A stretch of 62,791 nucleotides of DNA, filler included, from Phoronis australis (Eukaryota; Animalia; Phoronida), in the NCBI GenBank assembly GCA_002633005.1. It is 7 parts of 7 records of this genome, joined end to end, with 100 filler letters (N's around TTAATTAATTAA, not from the genome) between each part and the next. Parts side by side here need not be neighbours in the genome. Positions count along the whole stretch, not along the records: positions 1 to 4,531 come from NMRA01002558.1; positions 4,632 to 22,815 come from NMRA01001396.1; 5 more parts are not named here. One strand, 5' to 3'. Positions within the stretch are counted from its first letter, which is position 1, and every line of letters begins with the position of its first letter. The notes under the pieces were generated by a model. That model ran no database searches and was not told where the DNA came from. It was given only the letters and a program-made list of their open reading frames with translations. Made by a program: the position numbers and the translations under genes. Below are positions 1 through 12,386 of this stretch, piece by piece.

Positions 1-1376
1 CTAATAATGTTGTAGGGAGACAATCCACAGCTTTCCTCCCTTGTTCTATTTTCTCAATGGTCGAGCTGATCAGAGGATTTAGTACTGACTGGAAGTCAAC
101 CTGCCTGATACCTAGCGGTGTAGCCATGTGGCCACCATAATGTAATGTCACACCATGTTTATAGTGTAGTTCTATGTGGATTTCACACAAAAATAAAAAT
201 TGCCAAAATTATTGTTTTGAATTTATTTTTCAGTTTCCTAACGCTGATTATGTTGGTGCAATTGATTGATACTTACTAAACCAAATGTTGATTAAGACAT
301 TATATACAGTACAAACCAAGCTTAATAATAGACTAACATCTTCTTTGTGTTTACTTTTGTGGATAATTTTGGCAAAATAAAATTTCACCTGTTTACAACA
401 TTGAATGCTAAATAATTACCATACTCTGAATTAATTAACTTTTTAATTAAACCAAATAAGTTGTTACATAATTCGTAGCTGGCAGATACCTCTGTGTGCA
501 CTGGGTCTTGGCTGTAAACACCAGTTTGTGTGAGATTCATGTTGAGGCCACCATTACAGAACCTCTGTTTTCAAGGTTGGGTGCAGTTAGCCCTAAATAT
601 GTTAATGGTAGAACTGGGTCAATCTATTCACAGCCTCGCTGTTGTTTGAGATGGCTATCTCTACTGGGCTGAAGTTTTCTGGGCATTACATGGTATTGTC
701 TGGATGTTGGCATGGCTTTCTTGAGCCTGTTAACTAAGGTCCTGTAGAACTTTATCCACATGTCTGTGTATTCAGCCAAGTACCTACAAAATTATGAGAT
801 TTTAACTTGGCTTATTACCGGGAAGTGATAAGCCTGTAGAATTTGATTTTTGGCTTTATACCAATCTGTCATCAAGACACATGATCATGTCTTTTTAGTA
901 AAATTTACAAATAAGAAAGAAAGGTACGTTTTGTGCAGAAGAATTGAAGAATTATGTCACTTCCCTAAAACAATACCAATGCTGAAAAATTTTAATTGAC
1001 AATAGCCAATAACCTGGACCACAAAACTGGACAAAAGTACTGAGTAAATGATCCAGTTGTACACATGCATGCATTCAAAGCCTAGCTGTCTACACCTGTT
1101 TGGGATATTTCACATGTGGATATTTTTAATGAAAAGATGCTTTTGGATATATGTCTATGAGATTTCCTGTGAACTTAAATTCCTTCTAATATTTACTAAT
1201 TGTGATCACGCAGTAAATAAGATACTGATGCGGAATATGACAACTGAGGATTCCTCTTTCAGAATAAGGTCCGCTTTTGTCTTAGAACAATTTTATTTTT
1301 TGAATAAAGCTCTGTGACAGAAAGTCTGGATTTTCTGGAAATATCCGATACTCCAATTGTGAAGGTTTACTTTCAG

Positions 1377-4300
1377 TTGAAGTGGCAGATCATGGGGCCA
1401 GACAATGTTCAGAGGAAACTGGAAGAGACCAATGACATTGCCTACATTGTAAATGGGCGTGAGCTGACCCAGGGTCAAATGACATGGGAGGATCAGGAGG
1501 GAGGAGCTAAGTCGTTCAAGCTGACTGTCAAACCATATACGGACTGGGAGGTTCAGAAGATCTTCTTCATACAGATCTACGACATCCAATCAGAGCCTTC
1601 AGGGCCGGAGAACGGTGAAGTTAGCCCTACTAGTCATACTGTTAAACTGACGGTGAGTGACTATATGGTTGTACGTTGTAGGAAAGTTATGGACTTGATT
1701 TAGCTATAGTTATCACATGAAAGCGATTAATTGATTAAAATGAAATGAATTGAAAATACATCTAATTAAAAAAGGCAGTGAAATAGGTTAGGTGACTGTA
1801 ATATTAATTATTAGTTGATTTGATAATAACTAATAATCTCTACTTTCTGGAGGGAGGCGTCTTTGTAAAGGTAGTCTGCTTAAGGTAAAAGTTTTCCATT
1901 TGAGTCCAGTAGCAATTTTCAGTTAATATATGCGGCTTGTTCTCACTTCACAGAATACATTACTCCCAATCCTATGCAGACATTCTCTCTTTGTGAGGTC
2001 ACATGATGAACTGATGGTGATTGCCTGTTTCCATTTGTGTCCTTGCTTGACTATAGACAAAAACCTCATTTTGATTTATCCATTTTGAGATATTCTTGCT
2101 AAACCTTAGCTGATTTGTTTGTTTTCTCCTTCTGAGGTCATGCGTTCAAGTACAATTAGTTCAAACTGATTTGTATATTCTCCCTTTCCGATAATGCAAT
2201 TTTTGCTTAACCAAAGCTGATTCCGTCATTCTCATTTTTCTCTAGTCATGTGACTAGTACCTAAATCTCAAACTGTCATTTGACAAGCAAAATCCAAACT
2301 GATGCGTCCTTTTTTCCCTTTCTATGGTCATGTGACCAGTCAAACAAGCTCATTCATGCACTGTTTTCCCGCAGGTTCTCAAGCATGGTGACCCCAATGG
2401 CATCGTGCGGTTTGATGGTTTGGCTCAGGTGCCTAGAGAGGTTGAAGAACCATCTGCTTCCCAAGGTGCAGTACAGATCAAACTGCCCATCTTCAGGTCT
2501 GAAGGCACAATTGGCACGCAGATGGTAAGATCAAATTTTTTTTGCAGTCTGAATAATTCTTTGATTGCTTACGATGTGTTCAGTTTCTTATTTTGTCTTT
2601 TATTGGACTAACTGTTTAAGTATGGTCATTTTCTATTTAGGGCTGTTCCAGCAAAATCTGTGTGGGAGGGGGGGAAGGCAACTGAAATAAAAATATATGG
2701 GTGGTTGCGTTTGATTTCAATTCAAAATGGCTGGTGGTCGTACTTCATAAAAATAAAAATTTACAGGTCGTTGTTGTTTCATTGGGCCATAAATGTTTGA
2801 TGGTGGGTAATTTTAGTAAATTTTATAAACAATCCGCACAGAATCAAAAACTGAAACAAAAAGGCAACTTGCAAAAAGCTCCGACTTTCATTCCCTCCGA
2901 TCCCCTCATCGGCATGCCCATAACACCAGTTAACCACAGGTGCTCGAATTTCTCGATGGCTAATAACCATATATAAGAAACATATGTTTTCTTAGTAATG
3001 AATGACGTTAATGGTGGAGGAACAGATAAACTCAAGCGCCTGTGCAGTCAACCACAAGAACAAAAAAAATTACGGGTGGTTGCATTTCAAACTTATAAAA
3101 AATTACGGGTGGTAGGCTGAAGAAATAAATGAAAAATATGGGTGGTGGGTGCAAAAAAAGGTGCCTTCCCCCCCCTCCCATACAGATTTTACTGGAACAG
3201 CCCTTAGTGAAAAGCTCCCGAAATCTGATTTTCAAGTTTTTGAGATGTTTCGACTGGTGGTACTGTCTTAGTTAATTGGCTTATTAGATTGTACAGTAAG
3301 GCTGTTATAGTTACTTAGTGCAATCATATAGTTATGTTATCATGTTTATAAGATCTTTAATCACATAATTGACCACGAAGTATACTCGTCATCTGTAATG
3401 CGCGCATTTCCGCAGGTCCACTGGGAAGTGCGAGGGCCAGCCGGCACCGTGCCTGACATAGACCCCATGCTTGGCATCGCTCAAATCCCGGACGAGACTA
3501 GAAGGGGCGAGATCAGTCTGCGTATACTTCCTGATGACGTGGCCGAGTTGAGCGAAACGTTTCAAGTGGTGTTGAAGCTTATAGAGGGAGGAGCTGAAAT
3601 CGACAAGACTAAGAACACGTCCACGTTAGTTATAAAGTGAGTTGATAGAGATCGCTACTGTGGTGCAACCTGTGATTTGGTAGTGTTATCGCGATTGTTA
3701 ACGTTTTGTAAAAGAGCACTGTTTGAAGTCCATGTGAACTTTATCCATCTGTACCTGAAGCTGAACAAGAGCAGATGCTTTTTCTAGTCATGTTTTTTGT
3801 TTGTTGAATGAACAATTTTAAGTGTCTTTAACGAAGGTCAGTATGCTGTCCAGAAATATCATCATAATGACGAGAGTTTGTTGCAACTGGATGAGGATTG
3901 AAAATGAAGGACATACATTTTTATTATACAATTGACGAAAGTTAAAAAACATGCATAAGACAAAATTGAAACCAGAAAGCATACAGAGAGAGAGGTGTTG
4001 TTTATATCCAAGTTGGTGGTAGCATAGTTATGTGGGTACAGGAAAACAAAAGGCTCATGGATGCCCGCACACAGGTGTCATTGTAATAAATTCTGAAGTA
4101 TTTAGCATAGCAGCAGTCAATACCACTACTGTACAATATTTACTTCATTGAAAACCCAGGTGGAAAACAGATGGAATATAACATACAAGGAAATATCTGA
4201 AAATTTTGTTCCATTTTGACGAGAAGAGATTTTTCTCAATCAAACTTGTGGTTTGTTCATCAGGTACAATGACGATCCACATGGTGTGTTTAGCCTCGAC

Positions 4301-4423
4301 CCCAAGTACCAGTCTGTTATTGTCAACACGATCGACTTGTCACGTAAAGTTCTTATCAACATTACGCGTAACGCGGGTACATTTGGCAGGGTACGAGTCA
4401 GTTTCGGTATCGTCTACGACCAG
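1377..4423 (+). CDS. ADGRV1: Adhesion GPCR V1 (VLGR1/GPR98), partial; four internal Calx-beta exons: 1377-1652, 2375-2524, 3416-3636, 4264-4423
   Basis: GT-AG exons with compatible phases (0,0,2) splice into one frame: LKWQIMGP...EVSPTSHTVKLT|VLKHGDPNGIVRF...RSEGTIGTQM|VHWEV...ILPDDVAELSETFQVVLKLIEGGAEID...IK|YNDDPHGVFSL...ITRNAGTFGRVRV. NDDPHGVF, DDxxExxExFxVxL and RxxGTFG are the motifs of tandem Calx-beta repeats. The start of the first exon could alternatively be 1321. Confidence 0.9.
2640..3203. mobile_element. PIF/Harbinger-type MITE in ADGRV1 intron
   Basis: About 40-bp terminal inverted repeats (GGGCTGTTCCAGYAAAATCTGTRTGGGAGGGGGGGAAGGCA) flanked by a TTA duplication (2637-2639 and 3204-3206); non-coding interior. 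Confidence 0.85.
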
Positions 4424-4531
4424 GTGAGTGGGAAAGAATTGTTTACAACCTGACCTCACTAGATTATGCACTTTGCATGAGGTCAACATTTGAGGAGGTG
4501 ACGAGGGAATGTCTCTAACTCTTAAATCTGA

Positions 4532-4631
4532 NNNNNNNNNNNNNNNNNNNNNNNNNNNNNNNNNNNNNNNNNNNNTTAATTAATTAANNNNNNNNNNNNN
4601 NNNNNNNNNNNNNNNNNNNNNNNNNNNNNNN
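4532..4631. other. Artificial contig linker
   Basis: N44-TTAATTAATTAA-N44 (stops in all six frames). Confidence 0.98.
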
Positions 4632-4759
4632 TTGCGCTTTGAGAGCGAAGTGCTTTTCGTTGATTTCTACCCGGCATAGTTATCAAAAATATTGGCAAAA
4701 TTCCCAAAAAGACCAATTAGAACGCCTTCATTGGCCGAGACCGGAACCGGAAGTCCAAC

Positions 4760-5728
4760 AGACAGACCCCAACTTGTTGAAGAAGCTGCAGCATGGAAAA
4801 ACTCAGAACAGCAACGAGGCGCTGAATAATCTAATTTGGGTTCGCTGTCCAAAAACCGTGTTCGTTGGAAAACGCAAGCTTGAGTGCGCGGTAGCTGCGG
4901 CATGCTCTAAATTTAATGAGGGTGCTAAGTACCTAGCAAAGTCATGGAAAGTTTGTCTGTGCAGGCTCTTGAAATTACTCGTATTGCTGTAGATCAAGAG
5001 GATGCAGCACGAGTTCGAAACGCTGATAAACGCTCAGCTGAGAAACATCAAAGAAATTGTCGAGCTCGATTAGCCACCAGAAATCGCGAATTATCTCAGC
5101 AGGAAGACCAGGAAGGATAAACTTATGGTGCTGGGAAGAACATTTACTAGATTTCATTAAAATTTACGGTAAGACTGTGAATTATATCATATAGAATATG
5201 ATGTGACAAGAAAAATGAAGTGCTAAGTTTTTTTCTTGCGTTTCTCAAAATGTACATTTTTTCTAAGAAATGTTGTAAATAAAAAACTATTTGAGCTACA
5301 CTTATGAAATTCGGCATGTGCTATCTTTGCATGTATATCTACAAAACTACAGAAGCATTTCATTGAAATTTCAACAGAAAAAAATATAATTTTAAAATAT
5401 AATTTTTCCCCATTTTTGATCCGCAAGTTTCAGTACCGCATAAAAAATAACTGTATAGAAATTTCAAGTTTCCTTCTGTAGTTTTGTAGATCTTTAGTTT
5501 TGGTATCATTCAAAGAAGATATATCAGAAAAATATCCAGAGGTTAGCGAGTTATAACGTTCCTCGTGGACCTTGTGATATAACGTAATTTGGACGTTTCC
5601 ATGGCAACCGATTTTTTTCTCAGAATGAATATTTTCGTGATTTACATATCACAAGCAACATCCATACCGATTTTTATTGAAATCCATCAACATTTGCAGA
5701 TTTTGATAATGTACTGCCATGTCTCACC
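4760..5728 (+). mobile_element. 3' part of a decayed DNA transposon (Kolobok / Mutator-like transposase C-terminus plus probable right end)
   Basis: ORF 4639-4992 contains LLKKLQHGKTQNSNEALNNLIWVRCPKTVFVGKRKLECAVAAACSKFNEG, the GxTQNxNExxNxxIWxxxPK motif of invertebrate DDE transposases; frameshifted afterwards; candidate end ...CTCACC followed by TTAA at 5729-5732. Confidence 0.7.
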
Positions 5729-6092
5729 TTAAGGCTGAAATAAAATGAAACAGCACGTGACCATAAGAAAATGACAGAAATGAAAAATTATCTAATATGT
5801 GAACACAGCGCAGTCTGACAAAGCTGTTCAAGCCTGGACATCACGTCACTCTGTCAGGGATATTCCTGGCCAGGTTTGAACCTGTGCCCTAATTGGGCGC
5901 ACCTGATGATAAAAAGTGTGCCTTTTTCAAAAGTTAGTATAATTAAAGTGGTAGCATATGAAACAGAAACCCCAAGGGCAATCGAAACAAGAACCGTGAT
6001 GTTCATGTTATAGTTGCATTTTGCTTATGGTAATTTGCGATCAAATATTGGAAAACCTTTTAACTTGGTCTCATTTTAGGGAACTTATATAT

Positions 6093-6983
6093 CAGTGGCG
6101 GATATCACAAGGGGTAGCCAACATTTTGTCCGGCTGTAAGCATTTGCACAAACTGAACCACAATTGTAGATGCGCATAGCACCGAATGGGGGGAGGTCGG
6201 GAGGGAGGTTTGCCCCCCTCCCGCCCAGGAAATTTTTCTGTTTTTACCTCTAAAAATCAAGCATTTTCCTTGATTCCTGAAGTATTATCCAAGAAAAGAA
6301 GGCAAAAAACGGAGAACGTGTCAAACAGGAAAAATTGCAAGTTTCAATGATTCGAACTCACGACCAAGCGGTTAGGGCCCGCGTGCATTACCACTACACC
6401 ACCACTATTCGTATACTAAGAGAGCTACTTGTTTATGGTGCACAGCGTTTGCGCGCGAAACCTACTTCTTCTTGTAAATTGCTTATTACACGTTTTATAT
6501 TTTGTGCCATCAATTCTTAACAAATTTGTCGTATTTAAAATAGTCTTCAAATGCCCAAAAGATCAAATCCGTTTTTCGTGTTGGCGATAATGACGGGATT
6601 ACTTTGGAAATCGTCCTAAGATAAGGTTTGACAAAGAGAGAATTATGAGTTTCTGAGTGATTCACTAAGGCTTCGATTAAAAATCACATCTTACCAGTAG
6701 CTTCTGTTTTTTCATCGTCACTCAGGTTCCATTTTCTTTAAAAAATGAAGTAAATTTTCTTCATTGCACAGTGGAGCAGACGACGGAAAAGGAGTCGTAG
6801 TGCGCAGCGCCACTGCCGGTCGCCTGGGATATCGCGGGAGGGCCTAAATCTTTTTTCTTCCGTATAATTTTAATTACCTGGGTTAATTAATAAACTCAAC
6901 ATTTCCCTACGCTCTTACTGTTTTATTTTTTGCGGCAGCCAAGGGGGTGCGGGCCCCCTGGGCCCCCCCTAAATCCGCCTATG
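6093..6983 (+). mobile_element. Non-autonomous DNA transposon, family A copy 1 (hAT5-like, 5-bp TSD)
   Basis: Termini CAGTGGCGGAT...ATCCGCCTATG; TATAT on both flanks; colinear with 19804-20780 and 37571-38507. Confidence 0.88.
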
Positions 6984-8221
6984 TATATTACCCGAGTGGC
7001 TGTAAGCTGAATAAAATCATTTTTTGAAGAATGGTGCGTTTAAAAAAATACTCCAGGGATGGAAACGCACTGCTGCGATGTAGTTACGCATTTTTATTTT
7101 TATGCACTAATGGCGGAAAGGCGCAGTTTCAGGAATATCATTGCTCTCTGAAATATTGTTTAGTCTATACTTGACCTACATACAGCCAACAGTTGCAAAA
7201 ATCTTTTTTATTCAATATTCCCAACATCAACAACTCTACACATTATTCCGTTTCATTTTCGAGCCCCAAAAGAATTGAATGGTTCAATTGTTTAAGAGTG
7301 ACTAAACATTTCCTATCGTAGGATTCCCCAAAGCAGTCACGCAATATCATGTGACAGTGAAATTTGAAAAGCTGCTAAATCAAGAAGTAAAAGCATCAAA
7401 CTTACCGATAAAAAGTAGTGTAAACTGTAAATGCGTCAAATATTAAATCCCAAGGCACGTTGGTAGGCCTGTGATGTTCAAAACGGATGATTTCAAACAC
7501 CAGAAAACTATACCGCTGGCGGATAGCAATAAAACTGCGGAAACTCACAAGCGAATGCGTGTTGAAGAATTTGAATTTCGATCGTTGAACGCCTAGTGTT
7601 CTTTGAGCGATTCGTCTTGCCAGAACACACTGTGTTCAGAATTGCAGTTAAGACAACAAACTTTTATGATTCTACGACGCCTATAAGTCACGATCAACAG
7701 TTCTACGATTATTCATAAGCCAAGTGATCTTCGGGTTGAATTTGCAGACTGGAATTTCTTCTCGTATGGTACATTTCACAACATTCGGAAAAAGCATGAA
7801 AATAAATGTTTGTAAAAATGCGTCTCAATTGCTCATCGTAAATGGTCTTAGAATAAAAACAACTGCAGTTTTAAAACATGGCCTTCAAGCGTTATCAGAG
7901 CACCAACATTTTTGAAGATGAACATTTGGCATTGTACTCTCAGAACACCATAATATTCATTTGTGTACTGTGTGTTCAAAGATTGAACAGTGACACTGTG
8001 ACCTTGAAGTTCAGTGGAAAAGTCACTTCAAGGACAGACCATAACCATGCTGTGTAGATTTTACCAGTTACGCTAAATTTAGAGTCGTGTTTTGAAACGG
8101 TACACTTTTGGCTCGTAAAGGCTATTTACATGACGCATAAAGTTTTCCTAAATAAATGTAAACATGTTCTCATAGTGTCGTCCACAGCTGTGTATGAAAT
8201 GATTGATTGTGGTTTCTATAG

Positions 8222-11200
8222 ATACAAGGAGGATGGCCATTGTAAAGGTACACCACAGTTGACCCCTAACCCCATACGACTGCAGTGGGACATCCCAGAT
8301 GAGGTAAGATGGCTAGTCAGTGTACAAAACTGTTATTGCGATGTGCCGATGCGTATTACTCTTCTTAGATTTAGTATGAGCATTTATCCTCCTTAGCACC
8401 CGGGGCATGAACACAAACAATGCTCATCAACACAGTTACTATTCATGAGCTGCATTTCGTTCCCCCCCCCNCCCCCCTCTAGTCTTGCAGTTAGAAAAGA
8501 GATCAGATCACAAGAAAAGAACTGCGGGTATGAGAATAGAACACTAGAACACTTTTTGTAAGAGTGCCCATGAGTTTCACGGTTTAGGTTTGTTTACAAA
8601 CTGATCTGCCTGATGGCATGGAAGCTGGAGTCGATTTCACAGAGTCTTCTGGGAAGTTCTAAAATCACATAATCGAAGGAATGGCAGTGGTCAACTCTTC
8701 GTGCCTAACTGTTGATGCTTCTTGCCTTTTCACGTATTGGGGATGTGGTGGATTGTTGCAGTATTTACTGGTGACGTGAAGATCAAACCATAATCAACAA
8801 ATTGTGTTTTCTAGCCAACATGCATCATTGTGACTACTTGGGATTTGTATTGCCCGTGTCTCAGTGTGTGGAAGTCATTGAGAACAGCCTGTCCGTCGCA
8901 CAAGAGCTCGCTAACGATGTTGACCTTCACTTGGTCGTTCATCAGGTGTTCGGCAAAGGAGTCATGAAGAAATGCACGACGAGCCCAGACGCCTTCATAC
9001 AATTTGCATTGCAGTTAGCCTACCACAGGGTGCGTGCCCACTTTCACATCTTTCTGTGTCGCCTTTTTTTGGTTTCATTTCTCAGGATACTTACTAGTTG
9101 TCATTTCTAGGTCACATGACAGCGAAGGATGATATTCATTATTAATTCCATGTTTCTGTTAAAAAAATGCAGTTTCAAAATTGTAGTCTTGGTGACACAC
9201 GAAATATGTCAGCTGTTCTTATATATTGCAACATGTCATAAAAGTTTTAAATTCTCAATTTGACTTTTTACGTTTTTTCATTGTGAAATAAAGCAATTAT
9301 TACAAAAGTTAAAGAGATCAAACTTTGAAAGGACAAACAACCGCGCACATTCAAATACACCTAGGGAACCAGAAATAGAAAAAGAAGCTGGGTAACCAAT
9401 GCTAGTATAGGACCCTTCTTCTACTGACACTTATTGTCACAGTGATAAATATTCTTTTCAACTTGACTTTTTGTGGAAAAAATATCGAGTAAATTTATAG
9501 TCTTAAGTTCAGTCATTTGTGAGAACTAGCATGGATCCAGGATCATGGTGAGAAGGGGTATGGCAATGAGCGGATGGGGTCTTTCATGGGTGTCCATCAC
9601 AGCAATACATAAGGGGCCGTGTACCCCTCACGCCCTGGGCTGCTGCTGTAAGGTTCCATTCTCCTTACAGATGTCGGAGAAATTTTGTCTGACTTACGAG
9701 GCCTCCATGACCCGTTTGTTCCGGGAAGGTCGTACGGAGACGGTGCGCTCTTGCACATCTGAAGCAGTTGAGTGGGTCAAAGCCATGTGTGACGATTCTG
9801 GAACGGTAAGGGTTTGTGTTAAGATTAGAATTGAACTTTTTTTCATTTGATGTCAGTAAAGATGATTTCAAAAAGCTTAAAGTGAAAGACAGTACAAGCC
9901 CTTCTCTTGTGAAAATTATGGTCGTGGTGCTGTTAAGTATTGACAATACAAACCACTTTTTTGGACTTGTTTCATTGTGGATAACTGTTACTATGGCCCA
10001 TGTTGACTTCACATTCAGTATCACTGTTACTGTACTTAAATCAGTCGACAAGCGTAATGATTGCATTTTGTTTCTTTAGTCACTGCATGTGCAGAAAACG
10101 TAAATACTAAAACAAAACATAGCCAACAACGTTACACCTCTATCATTGCGCACATAGTTGGTAAGGGACGGTGGAACGATAATTAGTTTTAAAGCATGTC
10201 TTATATCCGGGTCACATGCTGACTAGAATGTTAGCACTTTTGCTAGCAACAAAACACCAGTTTTATCATCGCATTGGTTGAAAATGAGCGTGTTTTGAAT
10301 CAACTGTCATTTAAATGCGTGGTGAGGAAACAAACTTACTGTCGGTGAAAATGACCCGATCATGGACAACTTGGGTGTAGCTAAAAGGTTAGCATTTTCA
10401 CAATTGTTTTTAGCCAGTGAAACTGGTAGCATCTGTAGTATAAAATAACGAGCGATTTGTATGTTTAGTAAAAATGTTGTAGCACCTCATTATTTTAAAT
10501 TGATTTCTCTGATCAGTTAAGGTAGCTATGGACTCACCTTCTATGGCAAAAAAACGACTTTTATACATTTACGCAAGTTACAGTTATGAAATTGGCCTCA
10601 AATTATATCTTGGTCAAGTTGTAGGTGATTGCAAAAGAATTGGCAATTCGTTTGAGCTTGAGAACAGGCTGTGCAAGTTGCCATTTGGCTTGTCATGGTG
10701 TGTAATTTCTTGCACTGAGCATTGGCTCAAGGAAAAATGATGTCAACCCAGAAATCACCCCCCAACTGAGTTAGGAACAAGTTTAGTTTATTTTAGAGTG
10801 GAATGTGGTCTAAATCAAAAGATCGCTTCTTGCCCATCAGATTGTGGGGTTTGAATATTTCTGGCGGGGGATTTGGACCTGTGAGTATATGCAGTCCTTT
10901 CGTGTCATCTAGGTTTGCTCTTTTTTCTGTTTGTGTGCTTCAGTTCTAGGTGACTTAAGTGATGGAAAAGATTGCTTTTGATTTAGACAATGCAGCAACA
11001 TGAAATTTCATTTCTAAAATCTATTATAAACCTCTTGCCTGTTGGTATTAGCACGCTTTGGTCATCTTCAGCTGTTACAGTGTTCTTAGAAGAAGAAGCA
11101 CAGGCGTATGGTTTACTCATGATGGTCAATGATATCAAGCACTTTTTAGACAATTTTTTTATTTCTTTCTTGGCACAAGCTGGGGTTGAACCTGGAACTT

Positions 11201-12386
11201 TCAGATTGCCACTCCAGTTCTGTAGCCATTGCGTCATTGAATCCTCCATTAACTTTGACGTAATTTTTTTGATATCATCTGTAGGAGTGGCAGCCAGGTG
11301 TCATTTTGTTGCTTGCTTTGAAGACGCCGTTAATTATGACACCTTTTGTTCATTAGTGCTCCTGGGCTTTGGAATAACACACTGTCATACAGTTTGTTGT
11401 GGTTTGAGGTCATGTTCAGTGCTTAAGAATGACTTGCCAGGTCAAGCTAAGTCATTGAACGTGATCTTGAACAATTACAAAGTGTCAGTTCTTGTAAGTC
11501 ACTCTCACTGGGAGTTGAAGGTATTTTTATTTAATAGGTCAAGTGGTCTAAGCTAAGTTGTTTTTAGATAGAAGATAGGTTTACGGCAACATTACGTAAA
11601 AAATTACTTCTTTACTTTTGATTGTTTTATATCACAAACTTGTTTTTGTCCTGTTGTATTACGCAGCACTCTGTTTTTGCTCCACATGTTTCTGATGACG
11701 GTTACGGTGTCTCATACATCATTGCTGGCGAAGACACAATTTTCTTTCACATATCCTGTAAAAAGTCCTGTCTCGACACTGTGAGTACTTTTTGTTTATG
11801 TCAACTATTGATGCAGTCAGCCTATGACATCTCTGAGGGTTTCTTCAAAGCACAGTAATTTTCAAAAAAAAATATTCTGGTGAAAAAAGGCATGAGACAA
11901 GCAAAAAATCCTAATTTTATAAGTCCATGTCATGTTCATGCATTTGTTCTTGTGCTTGGCAACAATTGTCAGATTTTTTTTCTGAGAAAAATAAGTTTTG
12001 AAAATTGAAAATAATATCCTGGAAAGCTCATAAAAAATCCTTGAAAAAGGGAAAATGCACCGCGAGTGGGAATCATGGGTTGTTATAATGCATTAAAATA
12101 TTTCTTTGTGGAACTTAATGTATTTTTATTCACATGCCACTTTCACAGTGGGGAAAAACATTAAACGTTGGCACATAATTGAACAAAGTTTAGTCTTCTC
12201 ATTCTTGGAGAATATTATTTCGGTAACTGCCCAAGGAACTTCATATGTGATCCCGTCACAGCACGGTCTTCATTCAAGATGGCGAATCTTGTAATCCCAG
12301 CTTGTTCTTTGTTTCAGGATTCAAAGAAATTTGGAGAACAGATTAAGAGAGCTCTAGCTGAAGTGCGAGACTTATTCCTGAAGTAG
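8222..12386 (+). CDS. CPT1: Carnitine O-palmitoyltransferase 1, 3' part, possibly pseudogenised; exons 8222-8303, 8865-9029, 9671-9805, about 10797-10880 (only its 3' end recognisable), 11688 (or 11667)-11780, 12318-12386
   Basis: YKEDGHCKG...RLQWDIPDE|CVEVIENSL...[27 protein letters not shown]|[29 protein letters not shown]...|...SGGGFGP|[31 protein letters not shown]|[22 protein letters not shown]-stop closely follows the CPT1 C-terminus. The GIDRHLF..WRLSTSQ segment was not found. Confidence 0.9.
11170..11245 (-). mobile_element. Degenerate tRNA-derived SINE head
   Basis: Minus strand reads GGATTCAATGACGCAATGG...CCAGGTTCAACCCCAG..GCCA, with A-box and B-box-like motifs at tRNA spacing but poor stems. 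Confidence 0.4.

Noticed and set aside
10990-11556. 188-aa ORF
   Set aside because: Lies inside a CPT1 intron, crosses a SINE remnant and has no recognisable motif.
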